A stretch of 64,000 nucleotides of DNA from Methanotrichaceae archaeon. Its GTDB lineage: Archaea > Halobacteriota > Methanosarcinia > Methanotrichales > Methanotrichaceae. The stretch covers positions 1 through 64,000 of the forward strand of contig CAVWIG010000024.1 in the NCBI GenBank assembly GCA_963754945.1, given 5' to 3'. Under the pieces are notes generated by a model. The model saw only the letters and a program-made list of their open reading frames with translations, did no database searches and was not told the origin of the DNA. The stretch's first letter is position 1. Each line of letters opens with the position of its first letter. Of the stretch, positions 41,201-49,394 are shown piece after piece. A program made the position numbers and the translations under genes.

Positions 41201-42316
41201 TCCAATATCACTCCTGAGCTGCTCACAATCAAAGACGAGGCCTTCGTCGCTGATCTGGCTTCGATAGGGCCAGCTCGAGTGTACCGAAAGACACTGATGG
41301 TCGCGCCCATTACCATAGGCGTCCGCACTTTCATCGGCAACTCTTCGGTGGTGCCGGTCGGTGGAAATGTTCCCGATGGTTGCCTTATAGGGGTACAGTC
41401 GACTCCACCCCAAGCCACGATTTATCCCGGCAGTTCCTGGCTGGGCCTGCCTCCGATGTACCTCCCTCGCCGGCAAGTTGTCGAGGGCTACACCGAAGAG
41501 CAGACATTCAACCCACATCTGGGCGCCTATGCGTTGCGCTACGGCTACGAATTCTTCCGAATCACGCTTCCGCCGGCCTTCGCGTTTGGCATTTTATGGG
41601 CTCTATACTTCTTGTCGCAAGCAAGTCTCGCCACACTGGGGTTAGGTTTTTCCCTACCACTGCTGCCGTTGTTCTACCTGGCTCCAGCGTTCGCGACAAT
41701 ACTCGCAGTCGCCGCACTAAAGTGGATATTGATTGGTCGCTACCTGCCGCGCTTCGAGCCATTGTGGAGCCACTTTGTACGCCGCACTGAACTCATCACC
41801 GGGCTCTATGAAAATGTCACTGTGCCACTCCTTCTGGGATTCTTGACCGGCACTCCGCTCATCCGGCCGATGTTGCGTTTGTTGGGTGTAAAGCTCGGTC
41901 GTAATGTTCTCCTCCTGACCACTTTCATGAGCGAGTTCGACCTTACCGAAGTTGGGGACAACAGTGCCATTAACCCTGGGGTCTCACTGCAGACTCATCT
42001 GTTTGAAGATCGTGTGATGAAGATGTCATACGTCCGAGTCGGCCCCGATTGTACGATCGGTGAACGCAGCGTGGTGCTCTACGATAGCGAGATGAAGGCA
42101 GGTGCGCGCCTGGGGAACCTTTCGTTGCTGATGAAGGGTGAGGTGCTTGCCAAAGGCAGCGAATGGGAAGGTTCGCCAGCGCAGCCGGTGCTACGAGTTG
42201 AAGCCATATTGTCTCCGCAGGCCAAATCTAAGAGACATATGGTAGTTCAGCCAAAGCAGAGTCTAAAGCATTCGGGATCATTGTCAAGAAACCCGAGCCT
42301 CGGGAAGAGTGTGTAA
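38228..42316 (+). CDS. Pls/PosA-family single-module membrane NRPS (adenylation-thiolation-3x TM/hexapeptide C-terminal region)
   Basis: YTSGSTGRPKG, FDFSVEEIW, NTYGPTE, YRTGD, QVKLRGYRIEL, PSGKIDRKAL; T domain LGGHS; three K..L....PG..PL(W/Q)...R.LG..IG/LG modules. Confidence 0.92.
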   Translation: MFEKRAQSLSIPNTQVKPAMLQQLFERTADTMPDRIAVICEGKEYTYLELEHYANRIAHYLSERGVKFGNRVGILLKRSIETYAAIIAVLKLGAAYVPLDTSFPSDRIRFIAEDAEFSMLISTESISARKAANKSPQVLLDREKAVIASQPGSRPEIALSGQPERELCYIIYTSGSTGRPKGVEVEHRSVVNLINVVTEIYGIKPEDRVFQGITIAFDFSVEEIWMAFNAGATLIAGPAEKGSCVGNELARFLIEQRVTVLGAVPTMLSSIDKDIPSLRLIEVGGEPCPQNLVDRWAKPGRRFLNTYGPTETTITATWAELEPGKPVTIGRPLPSYKVLIADEAGRRVPNGEIGEIYIGGVGVARGYVKRPDITAERFIPDPDAEPGYARLYRTGDLGRYTEAGEIEYHGRADLQVKLRGYRIELSEIESVILKSDDVQAAAVAVMPSPDGIEELVAYVTPKLGHNVDPAKLHDLLHYYMPPYMVPAYIELINALPVLPSGKIDRKALPKPGLTRLGSNKPFVATRGEVETHISEVWSNVLRLPQISATDDFFRDLGGHSLFAAFVVSKLRENPAFVHLSMADFYANPTVQKLARLGTAAEDPNGISIVEQPKKTTFKARASKRLVAAQSLSLYLMFGIPGLMMILWLYLSQRLTGGDTLLNYVFIGLLLYLLYIPASVAVAVVAKRLLIGRFKPGVHPLWGDAYLRWWLVNLAQRFVPVSMFVGTPLMVWYCRLMGARIGKDCYIGTGLVSCHDLICLGDGTSVGNGSYLLGYSVTSGSIEFGTIDIGSDCYIGANSVLGINTIMGDGAMLLEQSQLAHGSMLSPSYVANGSPARSRPIDQAPPFVVPVTQGRQRVSERMLIAGFLVSGMLFLPLVPLLAGIPGVLFDWWLITNYPGNVWTWVVGLILAGAMFVSSLCILVTGCKRLILPDVKPGGYPLQSTFYLRKWTVDALVGLTLMLNNAQYGTLYIAPFLRMLGAKIGVRGEISTVSNITPELLTIKDEAFVADLASIGPARVYRKTLMVAPITIGVRTFIGNSSVVPVGGNVPDGCLIGVQSTPPQATIYPGSSWLGLPPMYLPRRQVVEGYTEEQTFNPHLGAYALRYGYEFFRITLPPAFAFGILWALYFLSQASLATLGLGFSLPLLPLFYLAPAFATILAVAALKWILIGRYLPRFEPLWSHFVRRTELITGLYENVTVPLLLGFLTGTPLIRPMLRLLGVKLGRNVLLLTTFMSEFDLTEVGDNSAINPGVSLQTHLFEDRVMKMSYVRVGPDCTIGERSVVLYDSEMKAGARLGNLSLLMKGEVLAKGSEWEGSPAQPVLRVEAILSPQAKSKRHMVVQPKQSLKHSGSLSRNPSLGKSV

Positions 42317-42320
42317 CAAT

Positions 42321-43028
42321 ATGCGCCCGTCTCTGTTCGAGCTGTGGCGGGCATGCGGCGTTTTCCCGCCAGGACACGGAGAGTGCCTTAAACCCGGGCA
42401 GGTTCTTGTACATGCACTGCCGCTAGACTGTGGCTCGATGAAAGCAGTCTGGCCCTTTCTTTCCCATGACGAGCAAGCTAGAGCTGCAAGCTATGGTCGA
42501 GAGCTAGACGGTCTGCGTTTCGCAATCTCTAGAACTCTATTGCGTGGGGTGTTGGGGCTCTATACCGGAATTAATCCCCACAATCTAGTATTTCTCTATG
42601 GACCTCACGGACGGCCCCGGCTGGCTCTCGACCAGGCCAATGACTTGGATTTCAATTTAGCGCGAAGAGATGATTGCTGCGTGATTGCGTTGGGTTTAGG
42701 CCGGCGCGTCGGCATAGATCTTGAATCTCGTTGTCTTTCCAAATTGGTTGAAGCTACGGTAATGATGTCTGCGGGAGAAGATCGGTTCGCACTAGAAGAA
42801 GCTCGGGGGGATGAACGCAGCATGCGTCTGATCGAAGAATGGACGACGCTAGAAGCTAGAGCAAAGGCAATTGGAACCGGGCTATGCGACATGGTTACGC
42901 ATAACGCCGCATTGACATGCCGGAAATTCGAGCTAGGCAAAGAGTGGATCGGTTGTATCGCTTCAGAAGGTCATAATTGGCATTTCAAGCTTATTTTAGA
43001 AACGAACTTGACGACCAATAGCATATAG
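42321..43028 (+). CDS. Sfp-type 4'-phosphopantetheinyl transferase
   Basis: LSHDEQARA, GPHGRP, FNL, VGIDLE, WTTLEARAKAIGTG; starts 4 nt after the NRPS stop. Confidence 0.85.
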   Translation: MRPSLFELWRACGVFPPGHGECLKPGQVLVHALPLDCGSMKAVWPFLSHDEQARAASYGRELDGLRFAISRTLLRGVLGLYTGINPHNLVFLYGPHGRPRLALDQANDLDFNLARRDDCCVIALGLGRRVGIDLESRCLSKLVEATVMMSAGEDRFALEEARGDERSMRLIEEWTTLEARAKAIGTGLCDMVTHNAALTCRKFELGKEWIGCIASEGHNWHFKLILETNLTTNSI

Positions 43029-43209
43029 GCCGTTAAGGCTCTTTGTAGCCAGGACTTCCAGCCAAATTGCGACGATAAGATCGTCGATAACTTCCTTATA
43101 CATATATCACAGAATAATATAACAGAAATGCCATTTTTTTTCGCAAAATCTTAAATAGCATAGATCCTAATAGAATTGAGAATGCATAAGCGAGAAGGAG
43201 AGATGATTA

Positions 43210-43764
43210 GTGCATCGTATAATGTATTTTATATTGATTGGGTCATTAGCAATATTTGGCCTAGCAACAACCGCAATGGCCGCGGATCAGCTAATAAAAA
43301 CAGATCTCTCCAACTCAGATGGAATTTTGAAGTTAAGCGACAGCACAGCGAATAACGCTATTAACAAGTTTCCTTTCTTTGTCCTCGATTGTTACGTCCC
43401 ATGGTGTGAACCATGCAAGACTATGAGCACTGCACTTTATGAACTGGCCGGTGAGCTGAGGGGCCAAGTGACTTTTGGACTGATCGATATCGAAAATAAT
43501 TCGGTGACAGCGAGAAGGTACAATATCACGTCTTACCCAACGCTTCTGATTTTCAAGAACGGAATGCTAGTAGATAACCAAGCAGGATACGGTTCGAAGT
43601 CGGAACTCGTAGATTTACTTCAAATGGATGATCCAGGGTTGAATACCGGCAGTGCTGCGCTTGCGGCTCCACATCAGCCGCCGACTACCCCATTGAGCTC
43701 AAACTACTCACAAATGACAACACTTGATCCAATTAGGGATCTAACGACATACAAAATGCCTTAA
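43210..43764 (+). CDS. Secreted thioredoxin-family protein
   Basis: Signal peptide; WCEPC; YNITSYPTLLIFKNG. Confidence 0.85.
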   Translation: MHRIMYFILIGSLAIFGLATTAMAADQLIKTDLSNSDGILKLSDSTANNAINKFPFFVLDCYVPWCEPCKTMSTALYELAGELRGQVTFGLIDIENNSVTARRYNITSYPTLLIFKNGMLVDNQAGYGSKSELVDLLQMDDPGLNTGSAALAAPHQPPTTPLSSNYSQMTTLDPIRDLTTYKMP

Positions 43765-43841
43765 CGATCATGAGTAGAAGGAATTGTGCCAGATTTCACC
43801 CGAACCACAAAAAAGGATTTCTGGTTGCATCAGAATCTTAA

Positions 43842-44255
43842 TCAATTGTGCTTCGCGAAAGATTTGACTGCATTAAGTGCATTGGTTGTATTTTTATTAG
43901 TCGCGTTTATGCTTGCGGGTATGATCGTGTTCGTGATTTCGGTTAGATTCTGAATTAATACGATGTTCAATGTAACATTCTGAAGCATGATCATTTCCAT
44001 GGACCCATTGGCCATCTTACTAGGCATATTCATCGGCATCGTCATGTTCATCGGCATCGTCATGTTCATCGGCATCGTCATGTTCATCGGCGTTGTCATG
44101 TTCATCGGCGTTGTCATGTTCATCGGCGTTGTCATGTTCATCGGCGTTGTCATGTTCTTCGCCATGCTACCTTTCTCTGTCAAGGCCACTCCTCCAAAAG
44201 AGAGTATCAATAGTATTGATAGTAGTGCCAATCCAGCCAATACGGAGCTTCTCAT
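43842..44255 (-). CDS. Secreted Met/Asn/Thr-rich repeat protein
   Basis: Signal peptide; NMTTPM x4 and NMTMPM x3. Confidence 0.75.
   Translation of the reverse strand: MRSSVLAGLALLSILLILSFGGVALTEKGSMAKNMTTPMNMTTPMNMTTPMNMTTPMNMTMPMNMTMPMNMTMPMNMPSKMANGSMEMIMLQNVTLNIVLIQNLTEITNTIIPASINATNKNTTNALNAVKSFAKHN
44029..44157. repeat. 18-bp tandem repeat x7 (coding)
   Basis: ttcatcggc(atc/gtt)gtcatg: three atc then four gtt variants. Confidence 0.92.
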
Positions 44256-44683
44256 TTGTATCCTTCCTTACTTTCCCACGTTAATTAGTTTATACGGATT
44301 TAAATCTTCCTGAGGACGAACTTGTTGGCCATAACTCGTCCTCATCTTGCCAAGCTCTTCTCCCTCCAGCTCTTTCCTCAAGCCTCTTCCTGATCATGTC
44401 AGGCCTCCAAGGTTGTCTTGCTCTTTTATCCCAGTCTTCGATCGATCAAATTCATGATTGGGTATAGGGCTCTATGGATCATTTCGGTACTTGTGCAAAA
44501 TTTTGTCTGATCAATTCCTGTATGGGTTGAAGAATCGTCTATGAAGGTGCTGCCGATAGAACGGAATACACTACTTGTTCTTTCTCTATCGGCCAGCTAA
44601 TTCAAATAGCGGAACCTATGGAAGATCTTGTGTTGTAATCCTAGTCCAAAAGACTCCTACATCCGATCAAAGCGTGCGCATTA

Positions 44684-45292
44684 CTACTGCTTTACTGCGG
44701 TGACATTTCCTTTGCCTAAGGACTGTCCGCCTGAACTCAAGACATAAGTTCCCGACAGAGTATTGTTTTTCATAAGCAGGTCGAGATCGTACACATCATA
44801 TTTTTGATTGGCGTATTCGGGTGTGGCCGACTTAGCGGTCAATGTTAGCTCCTGCGCGGTTAAAGATCCGCTGGCAGTCACAGAGTTCTTAGCACCGTCT
44901 TCTGTTAGGGTGCCATAACCCATAATTCTGTTCCCGCCGGACGGCCATAGGTTCAAGTCAAGTGACCTGTCTGTGCCGTCATTAAACTTTATCGACCATT
45001 TGCCGCTCACGTTCATTGGTTGGACCCCCTGTTGTATTTGAGTCACTTGCGTCTGATTAGAACTCGTATTGCTGGTTTGGTTGAGTTCCTGTTTAGGATT
45101 GATGTTTGGCTCGACTATCGTCTTGGGGGTTGTCACTGGCACCTCCATGCTTGGCGCTGAGATGTGAGGCTCTGGCACGCTCATGTCCGGGACGGGCATA
45201 CTCGGCACTGCGATGTCACCAACATCGGCGTGAGCCTGAATTGATAAACATGAAAGTAATATAGCTGATAACAGTATGCTTGCCAATCTCAT
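44684..45292 (-). CDS. Secreted hypothetical protein with Pro/Met-rich linker and beta-barrel-like C-domain
   Basis: GGAGG RBS; signal peptide (AHA); VSGKWSI..LSGTY. Confidence 0.75.
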   Translation of the reverse strand: MRLASILLSAILLSCLSIQAHADVGDIAVPSMPVPDMSVPEPHISAPSMEVPVTTPKTIVEPNINPKQELNQTSNTSSNQTQVTQIQQGVQPMNVSGKWSIKFNDGTDRSLDLNLWPSGGNRIMGYGTLTEDGAKNSVTASGSLTAQELTLTAKSATPEYANQKYDVYDLDLLMKNNTLSGTYVLSSGGQSLGKGNVTAVKQ

Positions 45293-45514
45293 TCAACTAA
45301 CCTCCACCTTGATATGGTTGCACGCAACAACTTTAAAGGTTATCCCATGCATGGAGTTCACGCCAACTCTCTTAAACCCCTGGATGTGTGGATAGCAATC
45401 TCGCAGAGGAAGAGGTTTCTCCGCTACAGCTCTCCTCCAACGGCCTCCTCTGTATCATGTTCTCTACATCGGGAGGCTGTTTTAGGTATCATCCAGTACA
45501 GCCCTGTACACCAC

Positions 45515-46519
45515 CTAATCCTTGATCCCTGGCGTGGTCACCGAGAAAACCGCCTCGCCATCCGGTAGATTGGGAGAATCCACAAGTCGAGCGATGCGCT
45601 TCTCGCCCTTGGACTTGCGCAGGTACAGCCTGAAGGTTGCCGTGTGACCCAGCACATGCCCGCCCACGGGTTTTGTTGGATCGCCGAAGAAGGTGTCCGG
45701 CTTGGACATGACCTGATTGGTGACCATTATCAGGGCGTTGTTCAGATCTCCAAAGCGCATCAGAGCGTGGAGGTGTTTGTTAAGTTTCTGCTGCCGATCC
45801 GCCAGGGTTCCGCGGCCAACGTACTCAGCCCGGAAGTGAGCAGTGACCGAATCCACAATGAGCAAGCGGACTGGCTTGTCTGAGTCCTTCAGCTTCTCGG
45901 CTAGGTCCAGGGCGCTTTCGGCCAGGAGCATCTGGTGATTGGAGTTGTATGCCCTGGCCACGTGAATGTGCTTCAAAAACTCCTCCGGTTCCCAGGTACG
46001 GTCTTCGGATGCTGGAAGGCCGCCCACCATCTGGGTGATCCTCTCAGGCCGGAAGGTGTTCTCGGTGTCTATGATTATTGCCGAACCGTCGAGGCCGCCC
46101 ATCTCCTGAGGGAGCTGGACGTTGACGGCTATCTGGTGGGCCACCTGTGTCTTTCCCGAGCCAAACTCGCCGTAGAGCTCGACTATGGACTGGGTCTCCA
46201 TGCCGCCGCCCAGAAGATCGTCCAGGCTCTTGCTGCTGGTTGTCAACTTCCCAACATGCTTTCTTCGCTCCAGAACTATGTCTCCGGTCTCGAAGCCTCC
46301 GATGTCGGCGGCCTCGCGGGCGGCGGCTATGATCTTGGAGGCAGTAGTCTCGCCAACGTCCGCGCACGCGCCTAGTTCTCCGGGCGACGCGACAGCAATG
46401 GCCTCGATGGAGTTGAACCCGGCCTCTCTAAGCTTCTCGGCCGTGGCAGGACCAACTCCAGGCAGATCCTCTAGAAGTTTTATTGGCATTATGATTTCCT
46501 CTATACTATTTTGGGCCAC
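45515..46519 (-). CDS. radA: DNA repair and recombination protein RadA
   Basis: [37 protein letters not shown]. Confidence 0.97.
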   Translation of the reverse strand: MAQNSIEEIIMPIKLLEDLPGVGPATAEKLREAGFNSIEAIAVASPGELGACADVGETTASKIIAAAREAADIGGFETGDIVLERRKHVGKLTTSSKSLDDLLGGGMETQSIVELYGEFGSGKTQVAHQIAVNVQLPQEMGGLDGSAIIIDTENTFRPERITQMVGGLPASEDRTWEPEEFLKHIHVARAYNSNHQMLLAESALDLAEKLKDSDKPVRLLIVDSVTAHFRAEYVGRGTLADRQQKLNKHLHALMRFGDLNNALIMVTNQVMSKPDTFFGDPTKPVGGHVLGHTATFRLYLRKSKGEKRIARLVDSPNLPDGEAVFSVTTPGIKD

Positions 46520-46532
46520 TTACTTAACTGAG

Positions 46533-47648
46533 TTACTCAGGCGGGGCGAAAGTGATTTTGGTACTCCAACCGCAACTGATCTCGAGCTCTTCATTCCATC
46601 CGCTCTTGACCTGGCAGTCCACAATATCGGCCCGAAAGCCAATATCCAGCCCCTCCAAAAGCTGTGCATGATCTCCCCACAGAACAGCTTTCACCCGGCC
46701 GGTGGCATCGGAGACGTAGATGTTGGCCACCTTGCCCGGAGTGCCGTCGGCCTTCTGAAACTCCCTCACCTCGCCTAGACCGGAAACGAATCCGGAGACT
46801 GTGCAGATCATTCCCGGCTCAAGGTCGGCTATCGGCGTTATCTTCTCGCTATAGTTGATCGTAGCATTGCTCTTTTTCACTACGGTGTAGCCGCCGGTCT
46901 GGATCTCCACCTGGCCGTACCTCTCCCGAGAGGATCCGTTTATGATCTCCAGGGCATCGCCCGGGGCAATCTCCAAGCTGGCCTGGTCGTTCCACAGGTT
47001 GAGCCTGATCTTCCCAGTCTCATCGCCCAGAAGAACGGTCCTGACTAGCCCCTTCGATCCATCTTTACGCGCGAACTCCCTGACAACTCCTGGATCCAGT
47101 ACACGAGCGACCAGATTCACCTCGCCCATGTCTCTATTGATCTCCGAGATTTTGTAGGGCGCGAGCCTTGGCTTTATGTCCGCGTCCACCTCTTCGACGC
47201 CCCCGTTGCGGCCTATGGACACCTCCGTCCCAGCAAAGCCCTCCTTGGCCAGGCCCCGCACCTTCAGGCACTGGTCCACCCTTATGTCTCCGGACTTCAC
47301 CAGATCGGTTGCCTCATCCCACAGGGCTGCTCGAATGGTGCCCGTCTCGTCACCAAGTGTCAGGTTCACAACCCGTCCAGGCGAGCCATCCGACCTCTGA
47401 AACTCCTTGATCTCGGATATGGATATGATTTTTCCCGTAAAGGTGACTGTTCCAGTTTCCGGCTTGATCCTTCCGATCTTGAATTGGACCTCGCTTGCCC
47501 CAAGCTCCCGGGCCACCAGCATGGCCGCAGTACGCCTGTCGCAGAGGCCACCCATAAGGGAAACCTTCTCCGCTATTCTGGTCTCGAACTCCTCGGGGGT
47601 GATCTGGTCAGAAAGCTGCTGGTAGATCTCTGTCAGCTCATCATCCAT
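46533..47648 (-). CDS. rpa: Replication protein A (three OB folds)
   Basis: Repeated EF.R.DG..G.V....GDETG...LW OB motifs. Confidence 0.88.
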   Translation of the reverse strand: MDDELTEIYQQLSDQITPEEFETRIAEKVSLMGGLCDRRTAAMLVARELGASEVQFKIGRIKPETGTVTFTGKIISISEIKEFQRSDGSPGRVVNLTLGDETGTIRAALWDEATDLVKSGDIRVDQCLKVRGLAKEGFAGTEVSIGRNGGVEEVDADIKPRLAPYKISEINRDMGEVNLVARVLDPGVVREFARKDGSKGLVRTVLLGDETGKIRLNLWNDQASLEIAPGDALEIINGSSRERYGQVEIQTGGYTVVKKSNATINYSEKITPIADLEPGMICTVSGFVSGLGEVREFQKADGTPGKVANIYVSDATGRVKAVLWGDHAQLLEGLDIGFRADIVDCQVKSGWNEELEISCGWSTKITFAPPE

Positions 47649-47667
47649 GTCAAATCACATCAATAAA

Positions 47668-49386
47668 TCAAGTCAGAACTTGGCCTTCAGGCCGCTTAAG
47701 ATAGGCGGCTCCGCACCTGGAAAGGAAAGCATTGCAGACCTCGTCGGGGTTGCCGTCGGCCGATATGACTCCGTTCTCTATCAGAATTGCGCGGTGAGAA
47801 ATCTCACGCACGAAGTCAACGTGGTGACTGACCAGGAGGATGGTAGTCCCGAGCTCTCTGTTGATCTTCTTCAGGGCGTTAGATACTTCTCTCAGAGTGA
47901 GAGGGTCAATGTCACCAAAGGGCTCGTCCAGGATCAGTATCCTGGGCTTGGCCGCCAGGAGGATGGCGATGGAAGCCCTTACCCTTTCTCCACCGCTGAG
48001 CTGTTCGGACAGCTTCGTCAGCACGGTTGGGTCGAGGTCCATGAGCTTGAAGACTGGCTCTGCGAACTCGAGGGCCTCTGTAGTTGGGAACCTGGGGAAG
48101 AGATCCTTGAAAACATCCCTTGTCAATCCCATGGATTCCAGAACTGTTTTTGCCTCCTCTTCTTGCATGTCCGTCAGCGAGTAAATAAGATCCAAGACCT
48201 TATCGCTGATCCCGTTCTCCTCGGCCATAGATCTGGCGTGTTCTACGACATTCTGGCCCTTCACTCCCAGTTGGTAGGCTATCTGATCTAATATGGTCTC
48301 ACTCAGGGATAGGGCAAACTCCTGGTACATTATGCCCAAGGATCTTCTGACCTCCATCCTGGATGGCGAATAGGAGATAATGTCCACCCATCTTTCGCCC
48401 AGTCGGTAGAGCACTGATCCCTCGTCCGAAGGCCTCAAGCCCTCGATGATCTTGAGAATAGTGGTCTTGCCAGATCCTGATGATCCTATTATTGAGGTGA
48501 TCTCTCCTTCATTGATATCGAAGGTGAGATTCTCGATATTTAGAACCTCACCCGGGCCGACCAGGTAGCTCCTCTTGTTCAGCCCCTCAATGCGGATGAT
48601 CGGCTCTGGATTATCTCTAGAGGCAAGAGGTTCAGCTACGCCTATGCCTGATAGGAACTTCTCAAGAATCGCGGCGGGCAAACCCATGTCCACAATCCTT
48701 CCATTATCCAGCCAGATCAGCCTGTCGTCCAGATACTGGTGGACCTCGGGCAGGTGAGATACCACTAGAATGGTCAATCCTAGCTCTCTATTCACGTTCA
48801 AAACGGCGTCCAAAACCTCTTGCTTGGTGGCCGGACACGCCATTGTAGCTGGCTCGTCGAGCAGCAAGAACCTGGGCTTCTTGGCCAGTTGTCTCGCAAT
48901 CAGAAGCCTCTGCTTCTCGCCTCCTGAAAGGAGGGTGGCAAGCTGGTGGGCTTTCTTCTCCAATCCCACGAGCCGGAGGTAGTACATTGCCTCTTTGTAA
49001 AGATCGTCGTAGTTGCCCAACTCAGGTATTGGAAGCACCTCATAACCGGTTTCTCTTGAGTAAACTCGCATGACAACGTTCTTCAGAACGGACTCGGTCC
49101 ACAGCGCAAAATCCCTCTGCAGATGGATGGCCGATAGCCTCATCTGTTCCCTTCGGACGTCGTCTTCCGACTCGGGCGTTACAGTCAACTCCCCCATGAC
49201 GATCTTGCCGGAGTTGAATGGCTCCATCCCTCGCAGGATCTTCATCAGCGTGGTTTTGCCGCCACCGCTCTTGCCAACGAAACCCAGGATCTCACCGGGC
49301 TTGACGGAAAAGCTGATGTCCTTAAGTGCTGCAACCTCTATTCCGTCTATTGTATAAGACTTGGATAAATTATCAATTTGAAGCAT
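47668..49386 (-). CDS. Tandem ABC ATPase, MCR component A2 (AtwA)-like
   Basis: GKSGGGKTT..LRG, two LSGGE signatures, second Walker A GSSGSGKTT; no TM segments. Confidence 0.75.
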   Translation of the reverse strand: MLQIDNLSKSYTIDGIEVAALKDISFSVKPGEILGFVGKSGGGKTTLMKILRGMEPFNSGKIVMGELTVTPESEDDVRREQMRLSAIHLQRDFALWTESVLKNVVMRVYSRETGYEVLPIPELGNYDDLYKEAMYYLRLVGLEKKAHQLATLLSGGEKQRLLIARQLAKKPRFLLLDEPATMACPATKQEVLDAVLNVNRELGLTILVVSHLPEVHQYLDDRLIWLDNGRIVDMGLPAAILEKFLSGIGVAEPLASRDNPEPIIRIEGLNKRSYLVGPGEVLNIENLTFDINEGEITSIIGSSGSGKTTILKIIEGLRPSDEGSVLYRLGERWVDIISYSPSRMEVRRSLGIMYQEFALSLSETILDQIAYQLGVKGQNVVEHARSMAEENGISDKVLDLIYSLTDMQEEEAKTVLESMGLTRDVFKDLFPRFPTTEALEFAEPVFKLMDLDPTVLTKLSEQLSGGERVRASIAILLAAKPRILILDEPFGDIDPLTLREVSNALKKINRELGTTILLVSHHVDFVREISHRAILIENGVISADGNPDEVCNAFLSRCGAAYLKRPEGQVLT

Positions 49387-49394
49387 ATCGATTC

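Noticed and set aside
44029-44157. Short regular repeats as a CRISPR array
   Set aside because: Head-to-tail 18-bp units with no spacers, in frame within a CDS; no cas genes in the window.
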